Shown piece after piece: positions 23,231 through 24,393 of a stretch of 24,393 bases of DNA (position 1 is its first letter; every line of letters starts with the position of its first letter). Source of the stretch: Burkholderiaceae bacterium. GTDB taxonomy: Bacteria; Pseudomonadota; Gammaproteobacteria; Burkholderiales; Burkholderiaceae_C. Both the position numbers and the translations under genes were made by a program. The DNA lies in assembly GCA_040081145.1 (NCBI GenBank), contig JBEBHW010000001.1, forward strand, positions 1-24,393, given 5' to 3'. The notes under the pieces are model-generated. The model searched no databases. It was given only the letters and a program-made list of their open reading frames with translations, and had not been told where the DNA came from.

Positions 23231-24393
23231 CTACTCCTGCGCCGCGCGCCGCAGCGTCTCGATCACCGGCCGGCGCAGCACTTCGCGCAACCCCCACCAG
23301 CCCGCTGCGAGCGCGAGCAGGGCGCCCGTCACGGCGCCGATCAGTGGCACCCACGCCGAGGCGTTCCAGCTGAACTCGAAGACGTAGCGCGCCAGCGCCC
23401 AGCCCACCGCAATCGCCGCGAGCGAGGCCAGCACGCCGGCCAGGGCACCGACGCCGAGAAGCTCGGCGCGCTGCACCTGGGCGAGCAACTTGCCACTGGC
23501 CCCGAGCGCGCGCATCACGGCAAATTCGCGCGTCCGCGCTTCACGCGTCGCGCTCACCGAAGCGAACAGCACCACCAACCCCGCAGCCAGCGTGAAGCCG
23601 AAGAGGAATTCAACGGCGCGCACCACCTGGTCGAGCACACGCTGCACCTGCGCGATCGACGCCGACACGTCGACGTTCGTGATGTTCGGGAAATTGCGCG
23701 ACAGCGCGTTGTCGAAACCCGCCGTGGCGGGCGCGCGAAACGCGGCGATGTAAGTCGCGGGCAGTTCGGGCAATTTGGCGCGCGGAATGATGACGAAGAA
23801 GTTGACGCGCATCGAGCTCCAGTCGACCTTGCGCAGACTCGTGATGCGCCCCTCCGTCATCGCGCCGGCGATGTCGAAGCGCAGCGTGTCGCCGAGCTTG
23901 AGCTGCAGCGTCTGCGCCAGGCCGTCTTCCACGCTCACCGCGCCGGCTTCGTCGCCGCTCCAGCGCCCCGCGCTCACCTGGTTGTGCTCGGGCAATGCGG
24001 CGCCGTGGCTGAGGTTGAACTCGCGATCGAGCAGGCGTTTCGCGCGGGCGTCCAGCATGTCGTCGGGCACCACGGTCTTGCCGTTGATCGCGACGAGCCT
24101 GCCGCGGATCATCGGGAACCAGTCGAACTTCGCCACACCAGCGTCGCGCAACTGCTGCTGAAACGCATCGCCCTGTTCGGGTTGAATGTTGATGACGAAG
24201 CGGTTCGGCGCGTCGGCCGGCGTCGCCTGGCGCCAACTCGCGATCAGATCCGTGCGCAGCAGCACCAGCAGCACCAGGGCGAGCAGGCCCACGCTCAGCG
24301 CCGACACCTGGACGACGGCAAACGCCGGCCGCGCCGCGATCTGGCGCGTCGCCAGCACCAGCCAGCGCGGTGCGCTGGCGCCCAGGGTCCACC
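23231..24393 (-). CDS. YbbP-like FtsX-family ABC permease, 5' end outside the window
   Basis: PNRFVINIQP, PMIRGRLVAING, REFNLS, ITSLRKVDWSSMRVNFFVI, RTREFAVMRALGA. Frame stays open to the right edge (...WTLGASAPRWLVLATRQ). Confidence 0.92.
   Translation of the reverse strand, partial: WTLGASAPRWLVLATRQIAARPAFAVVQVSALSVGLLALVLLVLLRTDLIASWRQATPADAPNRFVINIQPEQGDAFQQQLRDAGVAKFDWFPMIRGRLVAINGKTVVPDDMLDARAKRLLDREFNLSHGAALPEHNQVSAGRWSGDEAGAVSVEDGLAQTLQLKLGDTLRFDIAGAMTEGRITSLRKVDWSSMRVNFFVIIPRAKLPELPATYIAAFRAPATAGFDNALSRNFPNITNVDVSASIAQVQRVLDQVVRAVEFLFGFTLAAGLVVLFASVSATREARTREFAVMRALGASGKLLAQVQRAELLGVGALAGVLASLAAIAVGWALARYVFEFSWNASAWVPLIGAVTGALLALAAGWWGLREVLRRPVIETLRRAAQE

Noticed and set aside
1-24393. 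tRNA, rRNA or known riboswitch
   Set aside because: No intergenic region shows a cloverleaf, T-loop motif or recognisable aptamer consensus by eye; an Infernal/Rfam scan would be needed to exclude weak hits.

Overview
GC-rich chromosomal window, most consistent with a Betaproteobacterium of the order Burkholderiales (inferred from gene content, not from a database search). It holds about 26 protein-coding genes and no recognisable rRNA, tRNA, CRISPR array or transposase. Left to right: (1) a 7.1-kb same-strand (-) aromatic catabolic run: atypical MBL-fold protein, FAD monooxygenase, DUF2783 protein, hmgA, split hpaG (N and C subunits), hpaE (cut by the window edge). It joins homogentisate and homoprotocatechuate pathway genes. 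(2) A lipoprotein gene that looks internally deleted and frameshifted. (3) DUF3460-scpA and a small outer-membrane beta-barrel gene. (4) A (-) run of ParA-like ATPase, MaoC hydratase, LuxR-type response regulator and hybrid histidine kinase. (5) kefF-kefC, flanked by two ~82% identical orphan ParA-like paralogs. (6) A zrgABCD-like DUF2796/ABC/DUF3299 cluster. (7) Orphan ABC substrate-binding protein, YbhB/YbcL lipoprotein, TauE/SafE exporter, DUF1841 with a REP-like palindrome at its 3' end, and a partial YbbP-like permease. The best leads are the MBL-fold protein that has lost its second metal site within a monooxygenase/DUF2783/hmgA module (candidate multi-component 4-hydroxyphenylacetate 1-hydroxylase with a side-chain-migration enzyme) and the duplicated partnerless ParA pair with shared tail and upstream motif.
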